From: Scyliorhinus canicula | Lineage: Eukaryota | DNA: 64,000 nt | Assembly (NCBI RefSeq): GCF_902713615.1 | Contig: NC_052161.1 | Location: 127,680,678-127,744,677 of the forward strand | Reading direction: 5' to 3' | In this document: one piece after another, positions 60,701-64,000 of the stretch | Layout: every line of letters begins with the position of its first letter | Numbering within the stretch: the first letter of the stretch is position 1 | Translations under genes and position numbers: made by a program | The notes under the pieces: generated by a model | What the model was told of the DNA's origin: nothing | Database searches by the model: none | What the model saw: only the letters and a program-made list of their open reading frames with translations

Positions 60701-62160
60701 TGAGAACAATTTAATTGAATGAATACAAATTTCTCCTGTGCAGAAGTTGTGTCCGTGTGAATTTAGCCCTGTTGCAGCTTGTTTAACAAAAGTGATGTCT
60801 CCTCGCATGATGAAGTAGTCCTATCACTGATTTTTAAGGGAGCACCATGTATATCTGACTAGCAAGGTACCCAATTGATCCTTGTACTCTGCACATGTTA
60901 GTTCAGCGAACAGAAAGAATCACCGAATAGTACAAAAAAATAACAAAATAACAATCGAAAAAACAACAAAACTGAAAAAAAAATACCATAATTCCATGAA
61001 CAAATGAGCGTTGTAAATACTGTGGACAGACTCAAGCAGCGACTACAAAAAGCTGCTTTTATTAAATTTGTTGGTTGCAAAAGCATATATTTTGGAATGG
61101 TGTCCCAATCGTAACGATTTATTTTTGTTGTTGCATGTAATCTCTTAACAATTGTCCCAGTTTTTATTTGTGACATTGCTCTCTTCCTCCATCTGTTCTC
61201 TCCTTTTAACTGAAGTGCACTGGAACTAGAATCGCATTCTGAACACATCCATTTATCCCTTTTCTCGAACAAAAACACAAACAAAAAACAAAAATGTTCA
61301 AGTCTTTCTGTAGAATGCTCTGTCACTGTTAAGGCCAAGCAAGTTTTAACATCTCCCCCCACCCCACCCAGCCAGTTGAAAACACTCCAACCGAAGATGG
61401 GGGCGGGGGGGGGAATGAAAGTGTCTTTTGAAAGTCTCCACGAGCCATTTTTCTTGTGTTGAGGGGGAAAGGGGTTTGCAGTAATGTTGTTTTCATGGCT
61501 TCTCGTCTGACTCGTGGGGGGAAAAGTCCTCTAAATCAAGAAAAAATGGAAAGTATCGGGCAGCATCAGCAGCCTTCTCCCGGGGAATCCACCCGGGAAA
61601 TATCAGGGGAGAAGTAAAAGGTTTCAGAACAACTGCATGTATTTCAAACTTGGTTCAAAATCAAGTCTTGCTGTTTATCAAAACAGTTTTTTTGTGTTTG
61701 TTTCTATACTTCAATAGCTTATTACAAAAGTAGAGTAGAATTTGAAGAGTTCTGTAAATGAACCAGAGAAAGTACTGTTAGCCCCGCTCCCCCCCCCCCC
61801 CCCCCCCCCCCCGATCCTTTTTTGTTCCTCTCCCTTCTAGTTTATTCGGTATTGTAACTGACAGTCATCCAGGAATCCTGTACACCGTATGATGCGCCGC
61901 AGAGAGAAATGGAAAATCAGGAAAGATTCCTCGGTGCTGAACTGGTGAAGTCTCTCGGGAACGGTTTAGTATCTGAAGTCTGACAGAAACGGCAGGCGCA
62001 CATCGCGTGTGCTGTGCTGTGACACTTAGGGGAGGGAAGCTTCAGTGCATGTCTGAAGTAACATTCTTTCTCCGAGAACAGTCAACTCTGGTATCCTCTG
62101 TGTGTATGTACGAATAGGTACGCATACATTCACACACAAGCACACAGCTGCACGTAGCTT
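57730..62160 (-). other. SKI: Putative SKI 3' UTR (~4.4 kb)
   Basis: Follows the stop codon; AU-rich on the minus strand; no recognisable SINE/LINE although the rest of the window is repeat-dense; ends at an AATAAA signal. Confidence 0.75.
57750..57755 (-). terminator. Putative polyadenylation signal (AATAAA) of SKI
   Basis: TTTATT on + strand; U-rich downstream element on the minus strand (gatttttcatctttct); lies at the end of the repeat-free block. Confidence 0.55.
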
Positions 62161-62538
<378 letters not shown>

Positions 62539-62720
62539 TTAGGAAATGGACCACATCTTAGGGGATATTTAAGATCAAGAAGAGCGCATGCTTATAGTGA
62601 ACATGGTATAGAATAGTACACAGTTTTGGTGGTGATTCAGGGCTAACTTCTGACAATCAAGGAAGGATATAATGTCTGGTGCCCAGTTTGATGTTCGAGG
62701 AGCTTAAAGGCTTACTCCTC

Positions 62721-62951
62721 AGGCAGCATGGTGGTGCAGTGGTTAGCATTGCTGCCTCACGGCGCCGAGGTCCCAGGTTCGATCCCGGCTCTGGGTCACG
62801 GTTCGTGTGGAGTTTGCACATTCTCCCCGTGTTTGCGTGGGTTTCGCCCTCACAACCCAAAGATGCGCAGGATAGGTGGATTGAACACGCTAAATTGTCC
62901 CTTAATTGGAAAAAAAATGAATTGGAAACACTAAATTTATAGAAAAAAAAA
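62721..62951 (+). mobile_element. HE1-like V-SINE, short subfamily, antisense within the last SKI intron
   Basis: TSD aaaggcttactcct / aaagacttactcct. Confidence 0.92.
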
Positions 62952-63361
62952 GACTTACTCCTGTCCCTAACATTCCGATCAAGTGACAATTCACCCATTG
63001 GGGAAAATCACCTCTGTGGGAATCAGTATAAATGTGGTGTGATGTTGCTTCACTCTCAGTGTTCTAAGAGAATGTTTTTGTGTGAAAAACAAGGCTTGTA
63101 TTTACAACAGGGAATGATCTTCATTCTACCTGGTGAACAATCACATTATCACAAAACTGAGTGATGCAGATATATACTCCAAGTTACGGTAAGGAACAGA
63201 ACGTGAATGCAAGAGACCAAGATGTTCCTTTATTAACAGTAAATCATCTGTTTGACCCTTCTGCATTGAGATACATTAACCAGGTTCAAACACGTTCCAT
63301 TCTTTGTCTTCCAATTCATTCGCAATATGATTTTCAAAACAGCTAATAATTTTGTAGCCGT

Positions 63362-63850
63362 GGGTGGAATTCAACCAAAATATTTCCAAGGGCGGAATTC
63401 TCAGGTCATGCCGCCCGGCGACCCAAATTCCCACCCGAGGTCAATGGACCTTTAGGTGGTCGGCATCCCGCCCGTGGCGTTGCGGCGGCGGGCAGGGAAG
63501 TATAATCCAGCCCTAAGTGTGAATTTGGGTGAGATTGGTGGGGTGTTTCCCCGCCAGACTTCTGGGTGACATTCAAACTGGTATTCACCCACATTAGTCT
63601 TTCACCTCTCCCCCCACCTCCCTTTTCATGGGCACGGCCCCCCTCAGGCCCTGTCCCTTGGCAGTGCCACCCTGCCCAGTGAGGGCGAGATCCAGATCGC
63701 GACGCCTCACGAGGTTCGATTGAATCTCGCGAGATGGTGAGAGCGTCGCGAATCTCGCAAGAGGCCTCTCGCGCGATTCAACGGCTTCGCCCAACACCAA
63801 GTCGGGCGCGACAAGGCCGTTTAATCGGGCGAGGGAAAGTTTTCACTCCA
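63362..63850. mobile_element. PIF/Harbinger-like MITE remnant(s) in the SKI intron
   Basis: TIR-like starts gggtggaattc and gggcggaattctc; CpG-rich palindromic interior (aatctcgcgagat). Confidence 0.5.
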
Positions 63851-64000
63851 TCATATCTTCTACTACGGAATATGCTTCCAAACGGTCAAACCCTTTGCAA
63901 CTTTCCTGTTACAAAACATTAAACTATTCCCACGGAATACCTTAAGAGCAAGGACAGAGCTGGCGGTATTCTCTGATTGAGAATATTGTGCTGCAAGTTA

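Overview
Repeat-dense vertebrate DNA, almost certainly from a cartilaginous fish (shark): it carries HE1-type V-SINEs and Deu-domain SacSINE1/AmnSINE1-like SINEs. The only host coding sequence I can support is the last coding exon of SKI (c-Ski, minus strand, 62161-62349). It is followed by a ~4.4 kb transposon-free putative 3' UTR ending near a poly(A) signal at ~57750. The other ~57 kb is 3'-flanking or intergenic sequence: about 30 V-SINE copies with three different tails, other tRNA-headed SINEs, CR1/L2 LINE fragments, a Gypsy integrase relic, solo LTRs, PIF/Harbinger-like and hAT MITEs, Penelope-like remnants, many minisatellites, a 5.2 kb AT-rich satellite and five N gaps. Nearly all long ORFs in the track are artefacts of tandem repeats. 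I found no convincing new multi-gene system. The most interesting signals are mechanistic: SINE tail swapping between LINE partners, a SINE-seeded minisatellite, a fold-back template switch at a MITE end, nested insertions with intact target-site duplications (TSDs), transposon-borne NRF1/CRE/CTCF-like motifs, and seed sites for miR-21, miR-155 and miR-29 in the SKI 3' UTR. Family names come from recalled consensus sequences, not from database searches.
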